A stretch of 64,000 nt of DNA from Rickettsiales bacterium (lineage in GTDB: Bacteria > Pseudomonadota > Alphaproteobacteria > Rickettsiales > UBA1997), in the NCBI GenBank assembly GCA_021298605.1, contig JAJTDS010000004.1, positions 24,099-88,098 of the forward strand, in the 5' to 3' direction. The notes below the pieces were generated by a model, which made no database searches, was not told the DNA's origin, and saw only the letters and a program-made list of their open reading frames with translations. The translations under genes were made by a program, and so were the position numbers. Position 1 is the first letter of the stretch. The number at the start of each line of letters is the position of its first letter. Shown in pieces: positions 10,264-20,470 of the stretch.

Positions 10264-11196
10264 ATGTTAAGTAATTTTGTGAAAAATTATGTTAAAAAAA
10301 TACTACTTTTAATTCTTATTTCGCTCAATCCATTAATTGACAGTGCGATAGCATCAAATGAATGCGGTAAAGATTATGTCGCTCTAGTTTATAATGCAAA
10401 TAATGGTAATATAATTTTTGAGAAAGATGCAGATAAAATAACATATCCTGCATCTTTAGTAAAATTAATGACTCTATATCTAACATTTGAAGCATTAGAT
10501 AAAAAAGAACTATCATTAAGTCAATCTTTAAAAGTATCGCCATATGGAGCGGAAATAGCAAAAGTTAATAATGGCAATAGCTTACATTTAAAAAAGGGCC
10601 AAAAAATAACAGTTGAACAAGCAATAAGAGCAGTTGTAGTAAAATCTTTTAATGAAGCAGCAGTAACTTTAGGCGAATCAATATCTGGAAATGAGTGGAG
10701 CTTTGTTCGATTAATGAATAGAACAGCTAAGAATTTAGGAATGAAAAATACTAATTTTAGAAATGCAAGCGGTTTACATCAAGAAGATCAATATACTACA
10801 GCACTTGACCTAGCAAGACTTGCTTATGCCATAAAAACAAAGTTTCCTCACTATTATCCGGTATTTGCTAGTAAAAGCTTTAGCTATAATAAAAAAAGAT
10901 ACTACTCTCATAACCATGTTTTGCTTGATTATAAAGGTGCGGAAGGCATGAAAACCGGATTCACTAATGCTTCTGGATTCAACCTCGTTGCATCAGCAAA
11001 AAGGGGAGATAAGCAAATATTTTCAATAGTAATGGGTTGTGAAAGCCAAAGCAAAAGAGATAATTTTACAAAAAATTTATTAGATATGGCATTCAATAAA
11101 CTCAATAAAGATATTCCCGTAAAAGTTGCAAGCATAGTTAAATTGCAGGAACAAAAGAAATTTGACGAACAACTTGGGGTAAACACCGATTCTTAA
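10264..11196 (+). CDS. D-alanyl-D-alanine carboxypeptidase (PBP5/6 class)
   Basis: Signal peptide. 'PASLVKLMT' (SxxK), 'SFNE' (SxN-like) and 'KTGFT' (KTG) motifs. Confidence 0.85.
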   Translation: MLSNFVKNYVKKILLLILISLNPLIDSAIASNECGKDYVALVYNANNGNIIFEKDADKITYPASLVKLMTLYLTFEALDKKELSLSQSLKVSPYGAEIAKVNNGNSLHLKKGQKITVEQAIRAVVVKSFNEAAVTLGESISGNEWSFVRLMNRTAKNLGMKNTNFRNASGLHQEDQYTTALDLARLAYAIKTKFPHYYPVFASKSFSYNKKRYYSHNHVLLDYKGAEGMKTGFTNASGFNLVASAKRGDKQIFSIVMGCESQSKRDNFTKNLLDMAFNKLNKDIPVKVASIVKLQEQKKFDEQLGVNTDS

Positions 11197-11211
11197 AAAA
11201 AAATTTAAAAA

Positions 11212-12018
11212 ATGCTTGAATTAATTTTAGTAACAGTTTTTGGAGCTATATTTGGCTCTTATGCAACATTGTTTGCATATCGTCTACCATTAAATGAATC
11301 TGTATTTGGTAGATATTTTGGCCCTAAATCTCGTTGCCCAAAATGCTCTTCTATTATCAAAACTAGAGATTTAATTCCACTTATAAATTGGTTAATCACC
11401 TTTGGAAAATGTAGAAATTGCAATATTAAAATTCCAAGAATACATTTATTTGTTGAATTATCTACAGTTATAGGCTTTATATTATCTTATCTCGTCTTTG
11501 GATTCAATGAAACCTTTATATTAAATGCAATTTTTATTACTTGCCTAGTTATAATCACCGCAACCGACTATTCTCATCAAATATTTCCTTTTCAAATACT
11601 TTGTCTAATGTCAACCATTGCCGTTGCAATAAGAACAATTCAAGATCAATCAATTAACAATATCATCTTTAATATTGCCTTTGCAATAATTCTAATTTCA
11701 ATCTTGTGGAAAATTATAAAAGTTGAAATTGATAAAAAACATGAAAAAATTACCACTATTTTTACAAAAATTAACCTCAGTAAACAACAATTTTTTGATT
11801 ATATAAAGCTAATTCTAATTGCCTCGCTAATATTACCATTAGTAAGTTTCGCTTTGTATTTTGCAATCTCAATAATTGCAATATTTTCCTTGCAATTTAT
11901 TAGAATTATATTTAAAAAATTCTATACAAAAAACAAGGAAAAAAATATTAATTATAAATATTCTCTTGGTTATATTTTTACCTTTACATTACTAATATTC
12001 TTAATCATCAAAATATAA
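11212..12018 (+). CDS. Prepilin peptidase (A24) family membrane protein, possibly degenerate
   Basis: N-terminal Cys-rich domain 'RCPKCSS...GKCRNCN'. First Asp context '[12 protein letters not shown]'. The second 'GxGDxKL' motif is only weakly recognisable ('FFDYIKL'). Confidence 0.6.
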   Translation: MLELILVTVFGAIFGSYATLFAYRLPLNESVFGRYFGPKSRCPKCSSIIKTRDLIPLINWLITFGKCRNCNIKIPRIHLFVELSTVIGFILSYLVFGFNETFILNAIFITCLVIITATDYSHQIFPFQILCLMSTIAVAIRTIQDQSINNIIFNIAFAIILISILWKIIKVEIDKKHEKITTIFTKINLSKQQFFDYIKLILIASLILPLVSFALYFAISIIAIFSLQFIRIIFKKFYTKNKEKNINYKYSLGYIFTFTLLIFLIIKI

Positions 12019-12022
12019 AAAT

Positions 12023-13315
12023 ATGAAATTCACAGATTACAAAGTTAAAGATATAACACTAGCTGATTTAGGACTCAAAGAAATATCTCTTGCTGAAAAT
12101 GAAATGCCGGGCTTAATGTCTCTAAGAAGAGAATATGGCAACATAAAACCGTTATCTGGAGCAAGAATTGCAGGTTGTCTCCATATGACAATTGAAACAG
12201 CAGTATTAATTGAAACTCTAATACATCTTGGAGCAGAAGTAAGGTGGAGTTCTTGTAATATATTTTCTACCGTAGATCAAGCCGCATCAGCAATAGCAAG
12301 CAAAAACATTCCTGTATTTGCTTGGAAGGGAGAAAGCGAAGAAGATTACATTTGGTGCATTAAGCAAACAATTAACGGCAAAGAAGGTTGGAGGCCAAAT
12401 TTAATTCTTGATGATGGTGGAGATTTAACAAGAATAATTCATGATGAATATCCAGAACTACTAAGAGAAATTAAAGGTTTATCAGAAGAAACTACAACTG
12501 GAGTTGCTAGATTACAGCAAATGGAACAACAGGGATCACTTAAAGTTCCAGCAATAAATGTTAATGACTCTGTGACTAAATCAAAATTTGACAATCTTTA
12601 CGGTTGCAAAGAGAGTGTAATTGACGGAATTAAAAGAGCCACTGATATCATGATAGCAGGTAAAATGGTGGTGGTTGCTGGATATGGAAATGTTGGCAAA
12701 GGTTGTGCGGAAGCTTTCAAATCTCAAGGAGCAAGAGTGGTAGTTAGCGAAATAGATCCAATCTGCGCTCTTCAAGCATCCATGGCAGGATTTCAAGTTG
12801 CTCCTATTGAAGATTTTGTTGAGAATGCCGATATATTCATCACCGCTACTGGGAATGTTGATATAATAACCATTGAGCACATAAGAAGAATGAAGGATTG
12901 TGCAATTATTGGCAATATTGGTCATTTTGACAATGAAATTCAAGTTGAAGCACTAAAAAATTATCAATGGACTAATATAAAACCACAAGTTGATCAAATT
13001 ACCTTACCAAATCAAAAAAGAATTATTCTTCTTGCTGAAGGTAGATTACTGAATCTTGGCTGTGCCACCGGACATAGCGCCTTTGTAATGTCAACCAGCT
13101 TTACTAATCAAGTTATGGCACAAATAGAATTATGGCAGAATCACAAAAAATATCAAAATAAAGTCTATACTTTACCAAAATCTTTAGATGAAAAAGTTGC
13201 ACTTCTACATTTAGAGAAACTTAATGCTAAACTAACAAAACTTAGTGAAAAGCAGGCTGATTACATTGGAATAAATATCGAAGGACCTTTTAAAAACAAC
13301 GACTATCGTTATTAA
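12023..13315 (+). CDS. ahcY: Adenosylhomocysteinase
   Basis: 430 aa. Reads '[16 protein letters not shown]', '[10 protein letters not shown]', and ends 'DYRY'. Confidence 0.95.
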   Translation: MKFTDYKVKDITLADLGLKEISLAENEMPGLMSLRREYGNIKPLSGARIAGCLHMTIETAVLIETLIHLGAEVRWSSCNIFSTVDQAASAIASKNIPVFAWKGESEEDYIWCIKQTINGKEGWRPNLILDDGGDLTRIIHDEYPELLREIKGLSEETTTGVARLQQMEQQGSLKVPAINVNDSVTKSKFDNLYGCKESVIDGIKRATDIMIAGKMVVVAGYGNVGKGCAEAFKSQGARVVVSEIDPICALQASMAGFQVAPIEDFVENADIFITATGNVDIITIEHIRRMKDCAIIGNIGHFDNEIQVEALKNYQWTNIKPQVDQITLPNQKRIILLAEGRLLNLGCATGHSAFVMSTSFTNQVMAQIELWQNHKKYQNKVYTLPKSLDEKVALLHLEKLNAKLTKLSEKQADYIGINIEGPFKNNDYRY

Positions 13316-13338
13316 CTTATTATCAAACTACAAGATTT

Positions 13339-13815
13339 ATGGACAAATTTCAAATTACAAAATCAGGCTATACAAAACTTAAAGAATTGATTGAAAATCT
13401 TAAAATAATCGAAAGACCAAAAGTAATCAGTCAAATTGCTGCAGCTAGGGAAATAGGAGATTTAAGAGAAAATGCCGATTACCATGCTTCAAGAGAAAAA
13501 CAAGCCTTTATCGAGGCTCAAATAGCAGATCTTGAAGATAAATATTTAAGAGCAGAAATAATTGACATATCAAAACTATTTGGAAATAAAGTTTTATTTG
13601 GAGCAACTGTAAAAATTGAAAATCTTGATAATGGTAAAATTACAAGTTATAAAATAGTGAGTGATTTTGAAGCAGATTTGGATAAAGGATTAATTTCAAA
13701 CACCTCACCAGTTGCAAGAGCAATGATTGGAAAAGAGATCGGAGAAGAAATAGAAATAAAAACTCCAGGAGGAATAACAAATTATGAAATTCTGGCGGTA
13801 AATTTCATTGAATAA
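13339..13815 (+). CDS. greA: Transcription elongation factor GreA
   Basis: 158 aa. 'GDLRENADYHASREKQ' signature. Confidence 0.95.
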   Translation: MDKFQITKSGYTKLKELIENLKIIERPKVISQIAAAREIGDLRENADYHASREKQAFIEAQIADLEDKYLRAEIIDISKLFGNKVLFGATVKIENLDNGKITSYKIVSDFEADLDKGLISNTSPVARAMIGKEIGEEIEIKTPGGITNYEILAVNFIE

Positions 13816-13827
13816 AATTTTAAAATA

Positions 13828-15660
13828 GTGCAAAATATTAACAATCAAAATAATAAAATATTTTTTATAAAATTAGTCAACAAAATAACAAAAGGGTTAA
13901 AGCTTTTTATTTTGTTAACCATCTTGACTACTATATCATTTCCAAAAATAGGATTCGCCAATCAAACAAAAAATTCTGAAAACTCTCAGAAGACAGATAA
14001 ACAAATATCAAAAAAAAAAATTATTAAAACAAATAAAAAAAATAACGGTACAAAGAACTTAAAAAAACACCAAAACTCTAAAACAAATCCAGCCAACGGC
14101 AAAAAATTAAAAAGCAAAAAGTCAACCAACTCTAATCAATCATTAGAAAAAGAAGATAAAAAATCCAATAAATTGATTAAAGAAAATAACAACAAAAATG
14201 CTGACAAAGAATCAAAAAGAAAACAAAATAAAACTACAACATTGCAACCAATTTCAAAAGATCTTAAAAATAACACTAAAAAACAAACTAAAGAAACAGA
14301 AGCCCAAGAAAATAATTCTCTTAAAAAAATTGAATTCATACAAAATGCAGATGCAACAAATAAAAACATCGCAATAAAAAATGAAAATAAAAAAGCATTT
14401 CTCGATAGCATATTTTTTAATGATGAAGAATTCTCAATTAATAGCAAGACAACATATCAAAGCCTTGAAATAGCATTATCTAATTATGATACAAAATTAC
14501 AGGATAACCAAAAGAACTTTAAAATATTTAATCTCGATAATCCGTCTCGCCTAGTAATTGATTTAAAAAACATTGAATTAAAAGATAAAAACTACCAACC
14601 TGCTATTCCAGAATATATAAAACAATATCGTTTTAGCGAAATAGATGGCTCATTAAGATTGGTTTTTGAACTGCAAAATAATATTCAAATTCGTAAAAAA
14701 TCTTTTAAAGATTTTAATAATCAAAATCTGCAAAAAATTATTATCGAATTTGAATCTGCAAATAACGATAATCAAAAAAATGAAATAATCACCACTGAAG
14801 ATAAAAAAATCACAGATGATAAAAATAACAAAAACGAATTAGATGATTTAATGCAAAAACAATCAATTCAAAATAAAATTGATAAACCGCAAATATTAAC
14901 CACCAAGGAAATATTGCAACAATTAAAAGATAGTAGCCTTAACAACAAACATCACAAAAATAACAAAAAATTTTTAATTGTAATTGATGCTGGTCACGGT
15001 GGAAAAGACCCCGGAACAATAGGAAACTTTAAACAAACTCAAGAAAAAGACCTTACTCTTGCTTATGCCTTAGCATTAAAAGATATTCTTGAAAAAAATT
15101 CTTCCTACAAAGTATTATTAACTCGAGATAAAGATTACTTTATTCCTCTTAAAAAAAGAGTTGAAATTGCAAGAAAAGCTAAAGCTGATATATTCATCTC
15201 AATGCATATTAATTGGGTCGATAACCCAGATATTTCAGGATTATCAATTTATACTTTATCAGAAAAATCATCAGATAAGCAGGCTGAATTGCTAGCTCAA
15301 AAAGAAAATCGTGCCGACATAATTTCAGGAATAAACTTCTCTGGAGCAAGCAATGATATAATAAAAACTCTTATTGCAATGTCCCAAAGAAATAGCATGA
15401 ATCAATCTTCGCAATTTGCTAATTTAGCAATCAGAATAGCTAAGAAAAATAAAATTTTAACTATACAAAATACTCATCGCTTTGCTGGTTTTGCAGTTCT
15501 AACAGCTCCAGATATGGCTTCAGTTCTTGTAGAATTAGGTTATGTATCAAATCAAAAAGAAGAAGAATTACTCAATCAAAAAGAATATAAAGAGAAAATT
15601 ATCAATAGTCTTAGCGAAGCTATTGATGAATATTTCTCAAAAATATCTGTTTTAAATTAA
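13828..15660 (+). CDS. N-acetylmuramoyl-L-alanine amidase (AmiC-like, with AMIN domain) carrying long K/N-rich inserts
   Basis: GTG start and signal peptide. AMIN-like segment 'SRLVIDLKNIELKD...LRLVFEL'. C-terminal Amidase_3 domain ('IDAGHGGKDPG', 'SMHIN'). Confidence 0.85.
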   Translation: MQNINNQNNKIFFIKLVNKITKGLKLFILLTILTTISFPKIGFANQTKNSENSQKTDKQISKKKIIKTNKKNNGTKNLKKHQNSKTNPANGKKLKSKKSTNSNQSLEKEDKKSNKLIKENNNKNADKESKRKQNKTTTLQPISKDLKNNTKKQTKETEAQENNSLKKIEFIQNADATNKNIAIKNENKKAFLDSIFFNDEEFSINSKTTYQSLEIALSNYDTKLQDNQKNFKIFNLDNPSRLVIDLKNIELKDKNYQPAIPEYIKQYRFSEIDGSLRLVFELQNNIQIRKKSFKDFNNQNLQKIIIEFESANNDNQKNEIITTEDKKITDDKNNKNELDDLMQKQSIQNKIDKPQILTTKEILQQLKDSSLNNKHHKNNKKFLIVIDAGHGGKDPGTIGNFKQTQEKDLTLAYALALKDILEKNSSYKVLLTRDKDYFIPLKKRVEIARKAKADIFISMHINWVDNPDISGLSIYTLSEKSSDKQAELLAQKENRADIISGINFSGASNDIIKTLIAMSQRNSMNQSSQFANLAIRIAKKNKILTIQNTHRFAGFAVLTAPDMASVLVELGYVSNQKEEELLNQKEYKEKIINSLSEAIDEYFSKISVLN

Positions 15661-15668
15661 AAACAAAA

Positions 15669-17234
15669 ATGAAAAAAATAAATAAAATTTTTACTAGATT
15701 TTTACAAAAAATTTTGCTTAGAATATCATTAACATTAATTTTACTTGGCTATTTTAATATAAAATCTCTAGAAGCAAAAAATATTAAAAATAAACAAAAA
15801 AATCATCAAAATGAAAAATCGATTGCAAAAGAACATGCAAAAAACAACCTTCAAGAAGCTAATATAGGAAAAAAGATATCTTTAGAAGAATATTTGCAAC
15901 AAATCAACAGCAACAATCCAGCAGTAATATCTTATAACCAACAAGAAGAGGCATCAGAATTATTAAAAAACAAGTCAAAATTAATTACTGGTTTCAATAT
16001 CTTTAGCTCTGCAAAAAGTGGTTTTTATCAACAAAATCAAGCAGCACAAATTTTTCGCTACAGCCAATACTACTATCAAAATTATCAAGTTGGTGTTTCT
16101 CAAACAAACAACCTAGGAATCAACAGTAAATTATATTATTCTCTTAATAAAATTAATTACAAAGACTTCAATACCTCAATGTTTCCAAACCCTTCTCTAG
16201 CATCATCAAATGCACAAACCAATCCAATTGCAGAATTATCAATACCTTTATGGCAAAATTTTCTTGGAAAATCAACAAAGTCAAACAGAGATGCTATAAT
16301 TTATAATCAAGAAACCAGTAGATTAAATAATCAAGATTTAATTAATAAAAATAACATTGAAGCAGAAAAAACCTACTGGAATCTTGTAATTGCCCGTAAA
16401 ATTCTTAATATACAACAAAATAATCTCAAAAGATCGCAAGCAATTTTTAATTATGTCAACAGAAAATTGGCAATGAATTTAGCAGAAAAAAGTGATATAC
16501 TGCAAGCAAAAGCATCTGTTGAGCAAACATCACTAGAATTAGAGCAGGCAAAAAATAGCGAAGAATATTGGATAAATCAATTCAACAAAGCGAGATATAT
16601 AGTTGAGAATCAAAAAATAGACACTCTAGAAGAGATTGACTATAAAGAAATTCAAAAACTTATTCTACCCCTTCAAAAACAAGGAAATAGACCAGATACC
16701 AAGGTAGCAGAAACACAAATGAAACTTGCAATCGCCAACAATAAAATTGAAGCAGAAAATTCAAAACCAAATCTTAGCCTTGATGGATATTATGCACTCA
16801 AAGGTTTGCAGGCTGGCACCAGAAATGCTTTAGACAGCTCATTTATTAATCGTGGAGCAGAAGCTTCGGTAGCGGTTAAATTTTCAATGCCAGTTAATTT
16901 TTATAGTACTAATAATATTAAGGAAGGAGCAAATAAATCAATTAGTTCTGCAAAAAATTTATATCTCTACCGCTCATTTAGCGAAGAAAAAGATTGGCAA
17001 GATATTATTAGAAATTTTAATAATTTACAAAAAAGTTTACAAATCTCCCAAAAAATTGAAAATGCCCAAAAATTGAAAATTGAGAATGAAAGATCTTTGT
17101 TAGAGCAAGGCAGAACAACAACTTACCAAATTTTACTATTCGAACAGGAATATTTCCTCTCGCAAATAAAAAGCCTTGAAATTGCTAGACAATTACTCTC
17201 TCTAAATGCTGAAGCAAAATCTTATAGATTTTAG
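15669..17234 (+). CDS. TolC-family outer-membrane efflux protein
   Basis: Signal peptide. Two-repeat OEP-like architecture, 521 aa, ending in 'YRF'. Confidence 0.75.
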   Translation: MKKINKIFTRFLQKILLRISLTLILLGYFNIKSLEAKNIKNKQKNHQNEKSIAKEHAKNNLQEANIGKKISLEEYLQQINSNNPAVISYNQQEEASELLKNKSKLITGFNIFSSAKSGFYQQNQAAQIFRYSQYYYQNYQVGVSQTNNLGINSKLYYSLNKINYKDFNTSMFPNPSLASSNAQTNPIAELSIPLWQNFLGKSTKSNRDAIIYNQETSRLNNQDLINKNNIEAEKTYWNLVIARKILNIQQNNLKRSQAIFNYVNRKLAMNLAEKSDILQAKASVEQTSLELEQAKNSEEYWINQFNKARYIVENQKIDTLEEIDYKEIQKLILPLQKQGNRPDTKVAETQMKLAIANNKIEAENSKPNLSLDGYYALKGLQAGTRNALDSSFINRGAEASVAVKFSMPVNFYSTNNIKEGANKSISSAKNLYLYRSFSEEKDWQDIIRNFNNLQKSLQISQKIENAQKLKIENERSLLEQGRTTTYQILLFEQEYFLSQIKSLEIARQLLSLNAEAKSYRF

Positions 17235-17247
17235 ATTAAAAACGGAT

Positions 17248-18264
17248 TTACTTTTTAATATATTGTAAATATGAAACTAGCTCTTGAATTTCTTCATTAG
17301 TAAATCTAGCTCCAATTTTATTGATAATTTTTCCTGCTATAAAATTACCAAATTTTGCTGAATCTTCGAGATTAAAACCCTTAATTAAACCATAAATAAA
17401 ACCTGCACAGAATGAATCTCCAGCACCAGTACTATCAACAGGATTGATAATTTTTTGCGAAGAAATTTTAAAATATTTATTTTCATGAAATACCATCGCC
17501 CCCTCACCTGCAAGAGTAATTATAAAAATTTTATCAAAAAACTTAGAACAAAATTTAGCAATTAATTCAGTTTTAAATTCTTCTATTTGCAATAAAGAAG
17601 TAATTTCAAACTGATTAGCAAACAAAATATCTATATCTTTATTAATTAGATCGAGAAAATCTTGACGATGTCTATCAACACAAAATGAATCAGATAAAGA
17701 GAATATAATTTTATTTCGAGAATATTTTGCTTTATTAATTGACGATTTGATGGCATTAATTGAAGTTTCAGTATCCCATAGATATCCTTCAATATAAAAA
17801 TAAGCAGAATCTTGAAAAAAATTATCATTAATTTTTAAATTGGCAATTTTAGAAGATGCACCGAGATAAGTTAACATTGTTCTCTCTCCATCTTCTTTAC
17901 TGACTAAAATAATTGAGTGGGCAGTGGGCTGACTATTATCTTGAATATTAAAAAATTGACAACCTAAATTAGCGATTGAACTACTGAACTGTAAACCAAA
18001 TTCATCATTAGCAACATTACCAATAAATTTACTATTAACTTTTAATTGCGATAATATTGCCATACTATTGCAAGCAGAACCTCCTGCAATCTGTAACACA
18101 TTAGATAAATCTATTTTTTGAATAATATTTTGCGAAGTTTCGGAATCAATTAGCTTCATTGAGCCCTTATCAAGAGAATTATCGTTCAAAAAATTATCGT
18201 CAACCTTAACAATAATGTCTATAATTGCATTACCAATAGCAGTAACCGATACTTGTTTTAACAT
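17248..18264 (-). CDS. PfkB-family kinase (adenosine kinase-like)
   Basis: 338 aa. C-terminal PfkB signature 'DSTGAGDSFCAGFIYG'. Confidence 0.75.
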   Translation of the reverse strand: MLKQVSVTAIGNAIIDIIVKVDDNFLNDNSLDKGSMKLIDSETSQNIIQKIDLSNVLQIAGGSACNSMAILSQLKVNSKFIGNVANDEFGLQFSSSIANLGCQFFNIQDNSQPTAHSIILVSKEDGERTMLTYLGASSKIANLKINDNFFQDSAYFYIEGYLWDTETSINAIKSSINKAKYSRNKIIFSLSDSFCVDRHRQDFLDLINKDIDILFANQFEITSLLQIEEFKTELIAKFCSKFFDKIFIITLAGEGAMVFHENKYFKISSQKIINPVDSTGAGDSFCAGFIYGLIKGFNLEDSAKFGNFIAGKIINKIGARFTNEEIQELVSYLQYIKK

Positions 18265-18280
18265 TTAGCAAAAAAATTGA

Positions 18281-19459
18281 TTAAAAAATAATTAAATATT
18301 CAAGATTAACCACTTCAACCTTCACATCTTCACCTAATATTTCTTTAACTTGAGCAGTTTTTTTCTCCAAAACTTTTAACAAATCTGAAGAATTATAATT
18401 TGCAATACCATTGCCAATATGGTGATTATTTTTATCTTTAATAAATATAACATCACCTACATCAAAATTACCATCAACAGCAACAACTCCAACAGGAAGA
18501 AGGCTATTTTTTTTTGTAATTAATGCTTGATGAGCACAGTCATTTACTATGACCCCGCCCTTAGCATTAATAACTCCTGACAGCCAATTCTTTTTAGTTT
18601 TACTTATTTTTTTAGATTTATTTTTTTTAGCAACGGTTTTATTTTTATTATTTTTTGCCTTAAATATAGTAAAATTCTTATCGCCTGAATTTTTAAAAAA
18701 TAAACTAGATAAAGAATGATTAATCGTGCCATCGCTTATAATAACATCACAACCGCTAGCATTTGCCATTTTAGCAGCATCAATTTTGGTTTTCATTCCA
18801 CCAGTTCCAACTGCTGAATCGCTACCTTCTGCCATTTCTTCAATTATATTATCAATATTTTCAATAATCTTCAATAATTTAGCATCTTTATATTTTTTTG
18901 GATTTTTATTATAAAGACCATCAATATCTGAAAATAATATCAATAAATTAGCTTCCGCCATTTGGGAAACCCTTGAAGCAAGACGATCATTATCACCGAT
19001 TTTTATTTCTGCAATTGCCACTGAATCATTCTCATTAATAATTGGAATAATTGAATTTTTAAGCAATGTTTCAATGGTATTAGAGGCATTATTGTAGCTT
19101 TGTCTTGAATTGCAATCATTAGCTGTAAGAAGTATCTGAGCAACAGCAAGATTTCTTTTAGCAAAAATATCATGATAATAACTCATCAATTTAATCTGTC
19201 CAATAGCCGCAGAAGCTTGTTTTTGAGGAAGTGAGAGTTTGGCATTATCTCGATCATTAACATTAATCAAATTGCTTTTTCCTAGAGCGACAGCACCAGA
19301 AGTTACAATTATTACTTCTATATCATTATTAATTAATTGAGAAACATCTTCTGCAAAAGCTTCTAACCAATCTAAACGAAATTTATTTTCTGCAATTAAT
19401 ATTGAGGAGCCAATTTTTATTACTATACGACGATAATTTTGTAACTCTATATTCATCAT
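18281..19459 (-). CDS. proB: Glutamate 5-kinase with PUA domain
   Basis: 'RIVIKIGSS', 'TSGAVALG' and 'DNDRLASRV' motifs. A K/N-rich insert sits in the linker before the PUA domain. Confidence 0.9.
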   Translation of the reverse strand: MMNIELQNYRRIVIKIGSSILIAENKFRLDWLEAFAEDVSQLINNDIEVIIVTSGAVALGKSNLINVNDRDNAKLSLPQKQASAAIGQIKLMSYYHDIFAKRNLAVAQILLTANDCNSRQSYNNASNTIETLLKNSIIPIINENDSVAIAEIKIGDNDRLASRVSQMAEANLLILFSDIDGLYNKNPKKYKDAKLLKIIENIDNIIEEMAEGSDSAVGTGGMKTKIDAAKMANASGCDVIISDGTINHSLSSLFFKNSGDKNFTIFKAKNNKNKTVAKKNKSKKISKTKKNWLSGVINAKGGVIVNDCAHQALITKKNSLLPVGVVAVDGNFDVGDVIFIKDKNNHHIGNGIANYNSSDLLKVLEKKTAQVKEILGEDVKVEVVNLEYLIIF

Positions 19460-19498
19460 AATTACATTCTTTATATTAATTATAAATAAATTACAAGA

Positions 19499-20467
19499 TT
19501 ACCATTTTAGTAATGTTGAACCCCAAGTTAAACCACCACCCAATGCTTCTAACACTATTAAATCACCATTTTTTATTTTTTTGTTGCGATTAGCAAAATC
19601 AAATGCCAAAGGGATTGAGGCGGCAGAGGTATTGGCATGCTTAGATAAGGTAACAATTACTTTATCTTCAGTTAAATTTAACTTCTGCATTACTGCATTG
19701 AGAATGCGAATATTTGCCTGATGAGGTATTAATAAATCAATGTCTGAAGTTTTTAGATTTACTTGCTCAAGAACTGAAAATACTGATTTTGACATTTTCT
19801 CAACCGCATGCTTAAAAACCTCCTTACCCGCCATTTCAATAAAACCAGTTTGCTGATTTTTTGATGCACCACCGCTAGTTTTTAAAATATCATTTAATCT
19901 ACCATCGGAATTTAGATTAGTAGCAATAATTCCAGAACCATCACCAGTTCGATTTGCTTCTAACAATAATGCTCCCGCACCATCGCCAAACAAAACACAA
20001 CTATTTCTATCTTTCCAATCAACAATTCTTGAAAGAGTTTCAGAGCCTATAACCAAAGCATTCTTAACTTGACCTGTTTTTATAAAATTATCAGCAATTG
20101 ATAAAGCATAAACGAAACCAGAACAAACCGCCTGAATATCAAAAGCAAATGCATTAATTGCTTTAATTTTTTCTTGAACAATAGTTGCAGTCGCAGGAAA
20201 GGTAAGGTCTGGAGTGGTGGTTGCGACAATTATCATTTCAATATTCGCAGGATTAAAATCAACATATTGAATAGCGTTGATTGCAGCTTTAGAAGCAAGA
20301 TCCGATGTTAGTTGATTTTCTGAAGCAATATGTCTTTGCTCTATTCCTGTTCTTTCAATAATCCATTGATGAGTGGTGTCAATAGATTTTTCTAAATCGT
20401 AATTAGTAATAATTTTTTCTGGCAGAAAAGAGCCACTAGATATTACTTTACTTTTTATTAAATTCAT
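19499..20467 (-). CDS. fabH: 3-oxoacyl-ACP synthase III
   Basis: 322 aa. 'AVCSGFVYAL' active-site Cys, 'HQANIRI', and ends 'GGGLTWGSTLLKW'. Confidence 0.95.
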   Translation of the reverse strand: MNLIKSKVISSGSFLPEKIITNYDLEKSIDTTHQWIIERTGIEQRHIASENQLTSDLASKAAINAIQYVDFNPANIEMIIVATTTPDLTFPATATIVQEKIKAINAFAFDIQAVCSGFVYALSIADNFIKTGQVKNALVIGSETLSRIVDWKDRNSCVLFGDGAGALLLEANRTGDGSGIIATNLNSDGRLNDILKTSGGASKNQQTGFIEMAGKEVFKHAVEKMSKSVFSVLEQVNLKTSDIDLLIPHQANIRILNAVMQKLNLTEDKVIVTLSKHANTSAASIPLAFDFANRNKKIKNGDLIVLEALGGGLTWGSTLLKW

Positions 20468-20470
20468 AAA

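Noticed and set aside
12581-12943. A 120-aa antisense ORF inside ahcY. Similar antisense or alternate-frame ORFs occur at 1398-1643, 9803-10105, 10929-11186, 14136-14447, 24016-24270, 32956-33243 and 40508-40771.
   Set aside because: Each lies entirely within a well-supported gene, on the opposite strand or in another frame. Each has low-complexity, biased composition and no recognisable family. I treat them as shadow ORFs.
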